Assembly (NCBI GenBank): GCA_965644495.1 | Contig: CBFFSA010000008.1 | Coordinates: 558,001 to 622,000, forward strand | Direction of reading: 5' to 3' | Length of the DNA: 64,000 nucleotides | DNA from: Perkinsela sp. CCAP 1560/9 | Taxonomy: Eukaryota; Protista; Euglenozoa: Kinetoplastea | Part shown: in pieces, positions 42,183-54,500 of the stretch | Layout of the letters: the number at the start of each line of letters is the position of its first letter | Numbering within the stretch: the stretch's first letter is position 1 | The notes under the pieces: generated by a model | Databases searched by the model: none | What the model was told of the DNA's origin: nothing | Seen by the model: the letters and a program-made list of their open reading frames with translations, nothing else | Made by a program: the position numbers and the translations under genes

Positions 42183-44150
42183 TTATGGCGTAAACACAAC
42201 GTGTTCTCCAGGAGAAATCATTCTCCAGGATAATAATAATTGAAAAACTCTACTAACTACAGAGTTGAACATCTTGGAAAGCAGCTTTTCCCAAAGAAAA
42301 GATTTTGAGATTGATTTCGTCATGTACGTACCTTCTAACTTGTACCCTAGTTTTCGGTAATAGTTTCTTACTCCAATCCCCGAAATAACAGCTGTTTTGT
42401 TGCAACCATGCGTCCTTGAGTACGATTCTGCGGTGTCCATAAGTCTCCTGCCAGCCCCTAAATGCTGAGTTTCTTTACCTGAATTGGTTGAACACACTGG
42501 CACAAGTTGTCCATACGTGTGAAGTTCACGAATTAAAGCAGCATATCTTAGCTCTGGAAACGGATTGTTTGAAATATCGTGATTAATTCGGAGGCGCAAA
42601 TGCGCAAACAACTCTGTGCGCTTCTGATTTTCCAAGCTGAAGTAATACTCTGTTCCACCACTGGCTTTAAACTTGTCAACATACAAGATCGCTTCTCCAT
42701 CATATGTAGTGCGAGTCTTACATTCACGCTCACGAACATCACGGCATTCAATTCCTCTCTGTTTCATTAACCGGTCTATTTCTTGTCTAAGATTGGTTCG
42801 TTTTTCCCCAGCGAGTATATAGTCACCTGGAATGTCTCTTACAATACGATTTAAACGTATCCTATAGGGTACATGTTCCATGATATAGCAAATCAATTCC
42901 ACTATAAGCTCTCCATTGTTTTTCTCCGCGTATGGAGTGTAGAGGCCGTTGTCGTACCACTCTTTAATTTTTGTGTAGGGTACGGTCGCCGTGGGGTAAA
43001 CCTTCCATTGGTCCACCTGAAGTTCCGTATTTTTATGACTAAAAAGGTATTTAAACATCTCTAAGTCCTTCTCAAAAGTCGATCCTGGGAGATCTGGCAT
43101 CCAATGAGCGTCAACTTTGAATCCCGTTTCTAAAAGTAGTCGGATACCCTTCTTAGATTGCTCAATTGAGCATTCTCGATTCACAAGTTCCAGTATTTCA
43201 TTCTCAATGTGTTGAATCCCAAGCTGGACGCGGGTCACACCAAGTTTTCGGAACCTAGTAATTTCGGATAGCGTAACATAGTCAGGTCGGGTCTCCACAG
43301 TCAGGCCAATAATCCTACACTGGGCATCTTCATTTCGCGTCATTTCTTCTTCCAAACTTAATGACTTTCGTGAAGCGGGAGCGAAAAATGTGTTCGCTGC
43401 GAAATATAGCCCAGTCATAAACTCCTCGGCGTACTCTTTGGGGTAAAAGCTAAATGTGCCACCCAAAACAATAATCTCAATCTTGTCCACAGTATGGCCA
43501 TTGTTCTCCAGTGCACGGGCTCGATCATTGAATTGTCGAATTGGGTCCCACCCGTTACGGTAGCCACGCAGAACGCTGGGCTCGCGGAGGAGATATGATC
43601 TTGCGACTCCGGGCTGGTTCGGGCAGTAATGGCAATCTTTTGGACACGAGAAGCGTCCGGGGCCCATCAGTACGCTAACGACCAGTACTCCCGAGTGGGA
43701 TTTCGCTCGTTTCTTCAGTAAGTAGCTAATGAGATCCTGATTGGGTTTCGTTTCGAGCCCACAATGGTCGATATACTCATGATATGCACGTATTACTTGT
43801 GATTTTCTGGCGAATCCCCCTCCAGGATGCCCAACTCTTCTGCATAATGTGTTGTACTTTTTCTCGAATTCTGCTCGAGAGGGAATAGTGGGTTCGCTTT
43901 TCTTTGCGGCTTTTTCCCCATATTGTGACATGAAGTCATGAAGACCCTGTGCAACGGATATGAAATGATTTCTCTCGTTTTCGGATAGATCGTTCCAGTC
44001 TTCGTAAGTTTGCATGCACGTGGCATCTTCGATTTCATTCGCCTCGTCTGGATCTTGATAATCGCCTAAAAGCTCAAAATGCTCATCGCCCATGCAGTCC
44101 GTGTAATCACCATTCGTTCGCTCAGACTTCGCCATTACCTGTACTTTCAT
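42183..44150 (-). CDS. ELP3: Elongator subunit ELP3-like (radical SAM + GNAT)
   Basis: CPKDCHYCP, KIE.IVLGGT, ETRPD, GVTRVQLGIQ, IRELHTYG, QH.G.G and ISGIGVRNYYRKLGY. Confidence 0.95.
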   Translation of the reverse strand: MKVQVMAKSERTNGDYTDCMGDEHFELLGDYQDPDEANEIEDATCMQTYEDWNDLSENERNHFISVAQGLHDFMSQYGEKAAKKSEPTIPSRAEFEKKYNTLCRRVGHPGGGFARKSQVIRAYHEYIDHCGLETKPNQDLISYLLKKRAKSHSGVLVVSVLMGPGRFSCPKDCHYCPNQPGVARSYLLREPSVLRGYRNGWDPIRQFNDRARALENNGHTVDKIEIIVLGGTFSFYPKEYAEEFMTGLYFAANTFFAPASRKSLSLEEEMTRNEDAQCRIIGLTVETRPDYVTLSEITRFRKLGVTRVQLGIQHIENEILELVNRECSIEQSKKGIRLLLETGFKVDAHWMPDLPGSTFEKDLEMFKYLFSHKNTELQVDQWKVYPTATVPYTKIKEWYDNGLYTPYAEKNNGELIVELICYIMEHVPYRIRLNRIVRDIPGDYILAGEKRTNLRQEIDRLMKQRGIECRDVRERECKTRTTYDGEAILYVDKFKASGGTEYYFSLENQKRTELFAHLRLRINHDISNNPFPELRYAALIRELHTYGQLVPVCSTNSGKETQHLGAGRRLMDTAESYSRTHGCNKTAVISGIGVRNYYRKLGYKLEGTYMTKSISKSFLWEKLLSKMFNSVVSRVFQLLLSWRMISPGEHVVFTP

Positions 44151-44530
44151 ACGAGATTAAAATGACATCGAAATACGCCTTGTATAATACGATAGAATAT
44201 GCAATTATTGGTCGTACAAGCAAACAGGTGTTTTGATCGCTGGTTCTCGTACTTCGCTGAAGCTGTATGAAAACGCCCATCTAAATTTGTATACTCTATT
44301 GTACTCTAGTATGTACTCTATTACCAGCAGAAGGGCTGGGTATATTGACAGCATCATAGAAATGAAATGAGTTGACCTCTACCCGAAAGGTCCACAATTC
44401 ATCTTATAGAAAGGTCTATGATGGTACTATGGTAGTAAACGACATGCACCGTCACGGCGTGTAGATAGAGAAAAGTACGAAAATAAAGAGGTGTACTTTT
44501 ACTTTCATGAAATCCGGTGCTGGAAATCGT

Positions 44531-45703
44531 TCAGAAATCAGGTTCAAAACGAACGAAGCACTGGTCTACGGGGAAAAGGCTTTGTGTGTAGATCATGTCT
44601 TCTACCTTTTCGGCTACATCACGGCAGGTTGAAACGGGGAGCTTCTCTGAAACATTAATGGTTAGATCTACAGTATATCCTCCACCCGTCGCATACGCTT
44701 GCACACATCTGAGACCAGAAATCCGTTGGTCGCAAATCAGTACAATAAAAATGATTTGATTCAGCACTCGATTTGGTGCGGTTCTACCGCTTAGTTTCCT
44801 GCTTTGTTCCCATCCCATCTGTGTCCAGGTTGCAACAATGTAGATAGTGATTAAGATGCCCGTGATATCATCCCACATCGGGTGCAAGTAAATGACAAGA
44901 GCAACACCTATCATTCCGGCTCCGTTACTGATCACATCATTTCGATGATCCTTCCGCAGCGCATCACATGACTCGTTTCCTTTTACCAGAGTAACGCAGT
45001 AAATGTACATCAGAAATTTAACCACCACTACGGTTGCTAGAACAAAAAGAACAAGTGTGAGATGGGGCACAGATCGTACTTGGTCGCTCGTCAAGGTTGC
45101 TACAAGCTGTTTCAGACCATGGTTGAGTACATTCATGGCTGCGACTGCCATGATGCAACTGAATACAAGAACTCCCAAAGGCTCTATGCTCTTTTTTCCG
45201 TGTGGATAATATGTAAGATCTTCCTTGCGCAATATTCTATTGAGCACGACAAGAAGAGCTCCACTAATCAAATCTAAAACAGAGTCCAAGAGACTCGCTA
45301 ATGCTGTCAACGATCCGCTTAGTGTCACGGCAACACATTTCAAAGCAAGAAGAAGACAGTTGATCACCAAGGAACCAATGATGGCAAAACGAACCCTTCG
45401 CGAAGATGCTGATAAATTTCTTTCGGAATGAAATTTTTTCACTTTATCAGGACACATCTCCTGTGCGAGGGGTGCGACGGGCACTGCTGAAGAATTTTCA
45501 TTCTTTGAGGGTTGCGACAATCCTTTTTTGTCAATATTGCCGCACTCGTTGTAAAGCTGACAAAAAGTTTTTAAAAGTCCTTCTTGCTGTGCGTAATACG
45601 ATTTTACAGATTTTTTAAGCGACGTCTGAGATTTACCGCCGTCCGGTGGATTTAATCTAGGCACTTGATTGTCTGCGATGTACTCCTCTAAAAAGGTCTG
45701 CAT
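44531..45703 (-). CDS. Cation diffusion facilitator transporter (Mn-CDF/MTP-like)
   Basis: ASLLDSVLD, YP.GK..IEP.G and DHRND motifs. Multiple transmembrane segments. Confidence 0.92.
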   Translation of the reverse strand: MQTFLEEYIADNQVPRLNPPDGGKSQTSLKKSVKSYYAQQEGLLKTFCQLYNECGNIDKKGLSQPSKNENSSAVPVAPLAQEMCPDKVKKFHSERNLSASSRRVRFAIIGSLVINCLLLALKCVAVTLSGSLTALASLLDSVLDLISGALLVVLNRILRKEDLTYYPHGKKSIEPLGVLVFSCIMAVAAMNVLNHGLKQLVATLTSDQVRSVPHLTLVLFVLATVVVVKFLMYIYCVTLVKGNESCDALRKDHRNDVISNGAGMIGVALVIYLHPMWDDITGILITIYIVATWTQMGWEQSRKLSGRTAPNRVLNQIIFIVLICDQRISGLRCVQAYATGGGYTVDLTINVSEKLPVSTCRDVAEKVEDMIYTQSLFPVDQCFVRFEPDF

Positions 45704-45969
45704 TTCAAGCTAGTCCCACACTTACGTGCTTCATTTACGTCGGAAAAAATAAGATACGGAGAGAGTAAGATCATACATGTAGATGTTTGAGCATTGAAAC
45801 CCTGCCTTCACTTACAGTACTTAGGAGTATTTTCTTTCCATGCTTTTTATTTTCTAAATTTCATGATTCTTCAATAGGCGAGACGAATCAAAAATTCACA
45901 AGTAGAAGTATCACTAGAAGCATAGAAGCGTAGAACAGAATAAAATTGGGTAGCAATTTGATACCGACA

Positions 45970-46626
45970 CTAACAAAACAAGGACCAGTTAATAATCTTT
46001 AACTCTTTAGCACAATTCTCGAGTATCAAAGCTATTTCTTCATGTTTAAGAGTTCGTCGAACTGTCCCGAACTCGGAACTTCTTGTACTGATCTCTGTTG
46101 GAGCTGTCACAGTAAGCAAAATATCTGTGTCGATGGGAGAGAGCAGTCGGCCTAGTACAGCCTCGACCCAGACAATATTTTCCGCCCCTTCTTCCTTAAA
46201 CTTATGAACTCTCTGTGATCCATTGAATCGAACCACAAATCCCATAGGAGGGGAGACAATATAGGGAAAATACGTAAAAGCTCGTTGATTGTCTGTCACT
46301 TCTTTTGCAAACATAAGAGTCTCCGCGTTTTCAGAATCAGAATACGATTCATAGCAGAGTTGGCAGAAGCCAGCCTCACGTACGGAACACAATTTATGTT
46401 CGTACGAACTACTACTTTTGGCGTGCTCATCGAAATGAATGCGCGCAGAATCCGCGTCCGCAATATCTTCATTTCGTGCTAACAATTCAATAATTATACA
46501 GCAACCCGTATCAACGTCTGTAAATACTTCCTGATGATCTGGTACTCCTGAAATACCCGAAACATCAGAGAACTCCTTGGGTTTCTTAAAGACTAAAGCC
46601 CCACCGAACAATTTTTTTGTCTCCAT
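45970..46626 (-). CDS. MOG1: Mog1 / Ran guanine-nucleotide release factor
   Basis: LFGGA, F.DVS.I..VPDHQEVF.D, IIIELL, TDIL.T and a terminal WSLF. First ATG at 46626. Confidence 0.85.
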   Translation of the reverse strand: METKKLFGGALVFKKPKEFSDVSGISGVPDHQEVFTDVDTGCCIIIELLARNEDIADADSARIHFDEHAKSSSSYEHKLCSVREAGFCQLCYESYSDSENAETLMFAKEVTDNQRAFTYFPYIVSPPMGFVVRFNGSQRVHKFKEEGAENIVWVEAVLGRLLSPIDTDILLTVTAPTEISTRSSEFGTVRRTLKHEEIALILENCAKELKIINWSLFC

Positions 46627-46851
46627 AGCATTCAAGAGTCCTACAAGGACTTCTTTATGATAGAGTCCTACAAGGTAAAGATTCCATGATTTCGACAGGA
46701 AGAGTATAAAAAGATCGAACCCCTAGTTTCACAGGGCAAATCAAGAAAACTTGTGTGAAAGACAAAACTGTTTCTACTTTTTTAACAAATACGTACAAAT
46801 AATGTGTGTTTGTAGTTCGTACAAGGTGTGCCAATAAAATACAATAGAAAG

Positions 46852-47463
46852 TTAGCTTCCTTTCTTCCCTTTATGTATCGTAATGTTCGTGTCAGTTTCT
46901 TGTTTCATGCTATGAAGAAAGGCCGTATAATCAAATATATGGGGATTTTTATTAAAAGCGTGAACCCATTGTTCGTATTTATTGGGTTCTATGTAGTATT
47001 TCATCAGCATTCCGCAAATAAAGGCACTATCTTCCTTCGTAAATACCTCATCCTTCAACTCAGCGCGGATAAGGACAATGCCTTTTGTGGATGCCAACTC
47101 CGTAAAGAATTGTATCAGCAAATGCGGAGTACAACTGTCTTCTTTATCCTGCCATTCACGTAAAGGAGCCACACCGACTACATCCCGATCAAAACATGTA
47201 ACTGCGTTGAACAGGCATGTTTTTCGAAACACTGGTACACAGAAATATGGACACTGACGTAACCTCTGTTGCATTTGGATATAGGCATCGTTTGAGATGA
47301 CCCTACCCCAGTACTGGAGCAATTGAGAATGATGCTGAACCCAAAGATTTATTATTTGAGGCGCGGGAAGCAGGAGAAGTAAATCCATTTTCATTACCGT
47401 GTCTAAAGATTTTCGTCCCGGTAGCTTAAAAAGATTTCTTAAGTTGGCACTGCGCACAAGCAT
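46852..47463 (-). CDS. ATP11: Mitochondrial F1-ATPase assembly chaperone ATP11
   Basis: SLD.VMK.DLL....I..LW..HH, P.F.VPV.R and FFTELA..KGIVL.R. MLVRS presequence with first ATG at 47463. Confidence 0.85.
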   Translation of the reverse strand: MLVRSANLRNLFKLPGRKSLDTVMKMDLLLLLPAPQIINLWVQHHSQLLQYWGRVISNDAYIQMQQRLRQCPYFCVPVFRKTCLFNAVTCFDRDVVGVAPLREWQDKEDSCTPHLLIQFFTELASTKGIVLIRAELKDEVFTKEDSAFICGMLMKYYIEPNKYEQWVHAFNKNPHIFDYTAFLHSMKQETDTNITIHKGKKGS

Positions 47464-47637
47464 GAAAAGCAAGAGCTCGTGAAACTAAACTAAAATTCGG
47501 TTTGAGTTCAGAAGTTAAATAAAAAATCTCACTATTCAAGAGCACAGATTAAGCTAAAAGAAATCTGCTGCACCTTTTTAAAAGTAACACAGTACTTGCA
47601 AAGAATACAGTGCGATCAGGATATTAAACTGCCATCC

Positions 47638-49968
47638 TTACCGCGTAAAATCAAGAACCTCCTTCCAAACCGGACAGCACGTGCGTAATGTTCGCTCGCT
47701 GCCAACTATATAAATTAATTCTCGGGCTCGTGTCAGCGCTACATTCGCACGTTGGCGGTCATCAAGAAATGTCAAGAGTTCTCCGTACTGAGGTCTACTA
47801 TTGAGAGTACTATCACTTGATACGCGATCCCTTCGGTTGATCAAAGGGCAATCTGCTTCTTTAATACATCGAACGCATGAGATAATGATGACATCTTTTT
47901 CCCGTCCTTGATACCCATCTACGGTGTTCACCTCAACAGATGCTATCCCGGATTCGTTGTGCGAAACCACGACGCTACTCTCGCGTGTGGCGTTTACAAA
48001 TTCTCCCTGATTATTCGCAAACGTTGTCGGAAGGGCCTCGAGAAGCTTTGACTTAATTTTCATCTGCTGCGCAAGGTAAGGTGTGATCACGCCTACCGTT
48101 GCATCGCGACAGCCCTTATTGGGGTTCCCCTTCAATGTTTTGATCAGATTTTCAATAATTCGAAGAACAGCATCGACTTCCTCATCATTGTAATACGAAG
48201 TGCCGTGTAGTTTTTCACTTCCTGTGACGTTTTCGAGATGGATCCGTCGCCTCGAGCTGTATTCTCTGTCGCCCGAAATATTCACTCGTTGACCTGTTTT
48301 TAGACGTCCACCATAAAATAATTCACTGGGTAAAGCGCATAGATCTGGGTGCATCCGATACTGCTCGGAAAGAAAAAAGAACGGATAGCCATTTTCAAGC
48401 ATCCGCTCCATTAAACTACGGTCGTATTTGTTGCGTATACTTTTCCTTCCAAAGACTGTAGGTGGTAATTGCATAGGATCACCTATAAGCGCAGCGCGAC
48501 GACAGGCATGAGATAGTGCAAAAATGGTTTGAGGTTCGGTTATTTGTCCGGCCTCGTCAATTATTACCGTATCGAATTTTATTCCTTCAGTGCGAAGCGA
48601 TCCTATTGTTGAGAAAACAATTTGGAATTGACTTAAGATGTGTTCACGAGGAGCAATCTCTATTTTCTTACCTGTCGTAACTGATCCATATTTATGGTCG
48701 CCAAACTGTTTACGCAGAATGTCTTCAAATAGATAACCTTGCTGAGCTACAACAGGATTCACTCTTTCTCTTGCACCGAGTCGAACCATGGATGGAATGG
48801 GGACGTTCAGGTCTTTAGCCTCCTTTATTGTGCGAAGCAAGATCTCATCCACAGCAGTATTGCTTGCCGCGCATACCAAAAGTTTCCCCATGATAGTTTC
48901 TTTTGCGTATGCATGAGTGGATTGCACAAGTAAATTGTATAATATTCCAACAATAGTATGAGTTTTACCTGTACCAGGAGGTCCCTGCACTACAACAAGC
49001 TCTGCAGAGTGCGACATCGTGTCTAAAGAAATCCAATTTCCTAAAGAAGAAAGCGTGCTGCCTGGAGCGGATGCAGCACTTGTGTCGATTTTTTTCATAG
49101 TTATTCTTGAGAACTCGGTTCTAGACATGTGCGATATCACTGCACGCTGCGTAGCATTGTATTTCTGGGATGAAGATCTTTCATTTAAAGAGTCATAACG
49201 CGATTGCAGCGCATTACATTTTCCCTGCAATTTCGCTTCTGCAGGCTTCAAAATTTGATTCGCATATGGAATCATTTGTTCTAGGAAAAAACACGCCTCC
49301 ATTGAACCAAATACGGATGCAAGACCCATGTGGCGCCTAATTGTGCACTTCATTGGTAACTTAGGTTCTATTTTGACCGGTGTAATAAATGTATAAGCTT
49401 CAGCCGTAGTGGAAGACTGGCGGTGATAAGAATCTACTGTGCGGACAACACCAACCACTTCGAGTCCAGGCAGATAAATTGATATCACGTCATGTGGAGA
49501 GAGTCGTGCACACGTTTCATTTCGGTTTTGCGGAGTAAATACCAGTCGAGTGCGTGACGGTTCAAATTTGTTGGAAGAGGGCTTAGGCAATGTGAAAACA
49601 GAGCGAAGTCGGGCTTCAAATGCTGTTTGTGGTTGTCGCCTGGCTTCAACGACTTCTGCTTGCGCGGCGCACAAGATGTTTCCGAGCCAGACCTCGCCAT
49701 ATTCATCTGCAGAGATAAATTCTTTCGGGATGCGAGCACATTGTATTGGAGGACGAAAACACTGATGCGTATTTTTCTCATTCCGGTTTTCATCTCTTTT
49801 CCTTTTGGTGTGGTCAGCTAGTGCCTCGGGATGTAATATTTCAAGAAAATCACTTTTCAGACGAAAGTACTCTAGACGTTGACGCAACACTCTTTCGGCC
49901 TCGAATGCGTCGTCCGACGATTTTTGCAAAGTACAAATGCGAGATACATGTGCATTTGTCGGTTTCAT
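47638..49968 (-). CDS. Superfamily-1 helicase, Sen1/Upf1-like
   Basis: QGPPGTGKT, CAASNTAVDE, IIDEAGQ, GDPMQLPPTV, QYRMHP, ITPY..Q, VDGYQGRE and R.NVALTRA. Confidence 0.93.
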   Translation of the reverse strand: MKPTNAHVSRICTLQKSSDDAFEAERVLRQRLEYFRLKSDFLEILHPEALADHTKRKRDENRNEKNTHQCFRPPIQCARIPKEFISADEYGEVWLGNILCAAQAEVVEARRQPQTAFEARLRSVFTLPKPSSNKFEPSRTRLVFTPQNRNETCARLSPHDVISIYLPGLEVVGVVRTVDSYHRQSSTTAEAYTFITPVKIEPKLPMKCTIRRHMGLASVFGSMEACFFLEQMIPYANQILKPAEAKLQGKCNALQSRYDSLNERSSSQKYNATQRAVISHMSRTEFSRITMKKIDTSAASAPGSTLSSLGNWISLDTMSHSAELVVVQGPPGTGKTHTIVGILYNLLVQSTHAYAKETIMGKLLVCAASNTAVDEILLRTIKEAKDLNVPIPSMVRLGARERVNPVVAQQGYLFEDILRKQFGDHKYGSVTTGKKIEIAPREHILSQFQIVFSTIGSLRTEGIKFDTVIIDEAGQITEPQTIFALSHACRRAALIGDPMQLPPTVFGRKSIRNKYDRSLMERMLENGYPFFFLSEQYRMHPDLCALPSELFYGGRLKTGQRVNISGDREYSSRRRIHLENVTGSEKLHGTSYYNDEEVDAVLRIIENLIKTLKGNPNKGCRDATVGVITPYLAQQMKIKSKLLEALPTTFANNQGEFVNATRESSVVVSHNESGIASVEVNTVDGYQGREKDVIIISCVRCIKEADCPLINRRDRVSSDSTLNSRPQYGELLTFLDDRQRANVALTRARELIYIVGSERTLRTCCPVWKEVLDFTR

Positions 49969-50599
49969 TTTTGTGGCCTACGTTCAGCATTCAGAGGAAA
50001 TTCCAGTGTTCCGAATGCATGTTTCTGAATACTATCGCACCCTAGGTCGCACAGCTCACGTGAGGAAGTATTTAAGAAACTCATGGAACACGATATTTAT
50101 AGGTAGTTATAGTATTTTGGAGCTCAATGAGTTCTCATAGTTTAGAATTATTAGTCAAATGTATATTATGGTAAAAAAAAAGAACAAGAAGCTTTTTTAG
50201 AAGACCTAAAAATCTATGAGATTCAAATTGCGCTTTGAAGTACATACAACATTATAGCACATGTACGATACAGGGAAAACAAGTGGTTCATACAAACTCA
50301 CTCGAATTACTCCTGGTTAACAAGTTTAATTCGGGGCCTTTCATAGCGTACTTGTTTCAAGTAGGTGCAATTTCTGGAATTCTAATTTTTCTATTCTAAT
50401 CTATATATGAAACATTATTCACATTGTTTATTAAACAGGCAGGAAGTTACTAGGAGTTACTAGTCCATGCCACATTTAAAGTGCATTGAATCTATGAGAA
50501 AGGTGAAATGCAAAGAGTCTGCGTGAAAAAGGTGAAAATTTCACTTTTCAGAAAAGTGATACATTTTTATGTTTGAGTACGTGTAAATATCTAAATCTT

Positions 50600-50962
50600 T
50601 CACGTTCCCCTCCCTGTAAGTCTAGCCCAATTACTTACCGGAGTAACGTGATAAGTAGAATTCAGACGGCGGTTCATTGCGAATGACATGTAAGCGCACG
50701 CAGATCCCAGGATTGCCAGCCAGCCTCCTGCAACTGTGATTAGAGTCAAGAGTATGGCACTCGTACTAGGATAAAATTGAATATATTTCATGATTTCTGT
50801 ATGACTTGGAAACGTAGATTCTCGTCTCGAATTCGTTAAGCCCCGCGTCGGGAATGTGTATTCGGCACCTAAGCTGATATAATAGAAGGTTGCGCTGCTG
50901 TATCCGCCCATAAAAGCAAAGCAGTACTCTCGTGCACGACGCAATGTTACAGCACAAAGCAT
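50600..50962 (-). CDS. Hypothetical small membrane protein
   Basis: ATG-started 120-aa ORF in the cluster orientation, with hydrophobic segments. Confidence 0.5.
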   Translation of the reverse strand: MLCAVTLRRAREYCFAFMGGYSSATFYYISLGAEYTFPTRGLTNSRRESTFPSHTEIMKYIQFYPSTSAILLTLITVAGGWLAILGSACAYMSFAMNRRLNSTYHVTPVSNWARLTGRGT

Positions 50963-51550
50963 CCTACGGTACCTTAGTTTCTACCTATTCTATATCGACT
51001 CATGCGGAGTACCACCTCTAATATTCGGAAAACATGCAAAAAAATATTCAAGATCCTCTTTTTATACTAAAACGTGTTCGTAAGCTTAAACGGTGGCTAA
51101 TGTAAAGAGATGTGAATTCTCTCATATGAATAATCTTACATGAAGTCATTTATACTTCAGAACTCCATATGAGAGAGCATCGTCAAAAGACAATAAATAC
51201 ATCAATGCATGCTGATTAAACGAGTGAAATGCAGGTACATTAAGTGAAAACGCATGTACTTCGCCTGAATGTTCCGGAAGCGTAAAATGAATCGAACTTT
51301 GACCACTTTCTGATTTCAACGTACAGCTACTGTACGAAACGCAATATGACGTATCTCGTTCAAAAGAATGCAGTTCTTAATTACCGGGTGAGTATTTTTC
51401 CTTTTCTTAGTTTCCAACTATCCAGAACTTAATAGGGGAAAATAACAGAACCGCAAGAATAAAATACTAGTATATTTATAACACACTTGAACATAACTGT
51501 GCATAGTAGGAATCAACAAACGGTGGACGCCGCGCATCAGTGGGTTTTCT

Positions 51551-54500
51551 TCAGGCATCCAAATTTCCCCGATCGCGTGAGGTGCTGCGGCTTTTTTGTC
51601 GGCCTTCGGATTGGCTAGAACCAATGACAGTAAGATTTTCAGCAGAACGCTGGAAAGACAAACTTTTCTCATCCGTGGATACTTGTCGGTACGAATCATG
51701 CGTCTTGCGCAAAACAGGCCTTTGAGATCTGCCCCGTAGATCAACTCTAAAGTTGGAGCCTAAGTGACTCCACATGGTCCGGAGTGCTGCATGACATTTG
51801 TGAATTTCATCTCGACACCACAAATGGTCACTCCTTTCCTGCTGCAAGGCGAGTGTTATGCCTTTGCGAAAGTTCACTGCATCAGTTTTCATATTTGTAG
51901 CTTTCGTTCGTAAAAGCTCATACTTCTTTTCCCATTTTTCGCAATTTGACGTGTGCACCTTAAGTATATCTTCAAAGTTTTTCTTCGAACATTCGAATGC
52001 ATCTCGCTCAGCACGATATTTGGAAAGGATTGCTTCTTTGTCATCAAGCAGTTGCTTGAAGTCATTCTTCAGTCTCTCATACTTCTCTTGTGTGGCATGT
52101 TTTTCCTGTGTTCCGGGAGAAGGTGTTTCAGACTGTTCGTTTTGTTTCTTAATATCGTGTAACTTCTCGCGCAGTGCTTTGTTCTCTTCCTCCGTATCAT
52201 GAAGATTTATTTTTAGTGATTCGATTCTCGCTTCCAACTTCGAACTTGCGGATTGTGCGCCATGTAGGGCTTTCTGGTTAATAAGATGGTTTTCATGCTC
52301 TTCTTGTACCTCCCTATGGATATTTTTCATATCGATTCTCAGACGTTCGCATTCCTCATGGAAGTACAGCTTTTGAGACTCAAGTTCCTTTCGTTCCGCT
52401 TCTTGTTGTTGGCACTTTTCGTCCATCACACTCAGTTCCTCTTGTAACGATGTAAGTTTTGTTAAGGTTATATTTTCGACAGATCGGTAGCTTAACTCAC
52501 GCTTCTCTACTTCTTCCTCTAAATTCTTCAATTGCGACAAAAGCGCATTTCGGGATAGACGCTCCGATTCGTACTGGCTATTTACGTCACTAAGAGTATT
52601 CTGTAGGCTATGAACAAGTCTTTTTTGCGCTTCCGAAGACGAGAAATACTCCGAGGCCTGATTGTTGAGGGCGGAAGTGCCCTCGTTTTTGGTTGCCTCA
52701 ATTTGTTCTAAAAGTAGACGCACTTCTCCTCTCAATTCTTGTATTCTGCTTGCAAGATCATGATTTTCCGAGACATGTTCTTGTAAATGATCCTCTAAGA
52801 GAGCGCGTTCTGATTTTATCGCCTCAATCATCGTTCGTGCTTCATGCAATGCCACGTTGTGCTCATCGTTCGTCTTTTCAAGACTGTCGTTCTTCTGCAC
52901 TAGACGCTCTACTTCGCTCCGATACTCAAAAGTCGTGTTTTCAGCTCTCTCTTGCAGATGAAGATTCTCTTCTTCCGCAGAAATGAGTTTTCGCCTTAGA
53001 TCTTCTGAAATCGACGTCACGTTGCGAATTTCATTGCGCGATGCATTCACCTGTTCTTCTAGCTCCCCTATTCGTGATTCGTATTGATCTTTGGAAGAAG
53101 CTTGCAGTTCCTGAGTGTGAATCTGTTCTCTTGTGAATCGCTCCAAGTCGTTTTCTTTCCTCAAAAGGTCTTGGCGCAAGTTATCGTTAATTCTTTGTTC
53201 TTCAGAGTATCTGTCTTTCAATGCATCAAGTTGTGAAATATGTGTCTCATGCGCCGTGCCTAGTTTCCCGCTGTGTAAGCGTTCATTGTGCAACTCAGTT
53301 GTCATTGTTTGAATGCGGGCCAAATGCTCTTGTACAGTGTCTCTGAGATCAGCGATTGTTTCTTGTGCATCGCGTTTTTCCTTGCCGAGCTCCAAACTTA
53401 GATGGCTCAAATCAATTTTTGACTGATTCAGAGAGGCCAAAGCATCTAGTAGTTGTCCATGCAAGTCTTCTTTTGCAGAAAGGTTTTCTTCGTTCGATTG
53501 CAGCAATGATTGTTCACATTGTTCCAATTTCACCTCGATAAGGGATTTGTCTTTCATGGTGGCTTCAAGTCTTACTCTCAGATCATCATTTTCCGTGGCA
53601 AGAGTTTGCAATTGCGTCTTCAAGGATGAATTGGACTTTTCTGATTCTGTCAATTGTTTTCCGCGAATTTCCGAACTTGACAGTAAAGACTCGTGCACGA
53701 CTTGCAATTTTGTCAACGCTTCATTCTTTGCGTGTAGTTCCTCTCGGCCCTTCCCAAGTTCATCTTGAATTGTTTGAAAGGCAAGCGTTTCCTGCTGGAG
53801 ATCCCTGCGCGTTGCTTCTAAATCAGCAGTTAGCCCATTTTTTTCTTCTCTCCACGCTCTGCTGAATTGAACATGTTCATCGCGCTCCCCTTGCAGAACA
53901 ACTTGCGTCTCTGATAATTCAGTTATCGTTCGCTCCAGTTGCTCTTGCGAATTTTCTAAATAATTTCGTGTATTCGTGTGTTCCTTCTGTTCTCTCTGAA
54001 GCATTCTCTGAGTTTCGTGCATGTCAACTTCCAATTTGGAGAGTGTTTCAGAGAGATCCTCAATCCGTAGGGTAAAATCGTTAATTTCTTGTTTAGCAAG
54101 ACTCGCTTCCTGCTCTCTCCGTCCCTCAAGAAGGTGTAGCTGATGTTCCAGGTCTTCTATCTGCGACTTCAGAGAGTTGTTTTCACTGTTTTGCTCACAT
54201 AACTTGTCGTATTGAGATTGATTACTAAGTTTGTATTTGGCCGTCTGTTCCTCCACGCTCCACCTTAATCTAATTTGTTTGTCAAGATCACTGCGCAATT
54301 TTCCAAGTTTCACTTCCATATCATTTATAGTTTGCGTGCGCTCCGTGACGAGAGTCTCAGAGTCAGTTAAACTCATCTTCAGTTTATCGTGTTCGTGCTG
54401 TAGATTGTGTAGTGATTCAGAAAGGCGTTGTGCTTCTTCAGCAGATTCTTGAATGTGTCGTTTATCTTTTTGAAGCTCGGTTTCACGTTCTTTCAGCTGT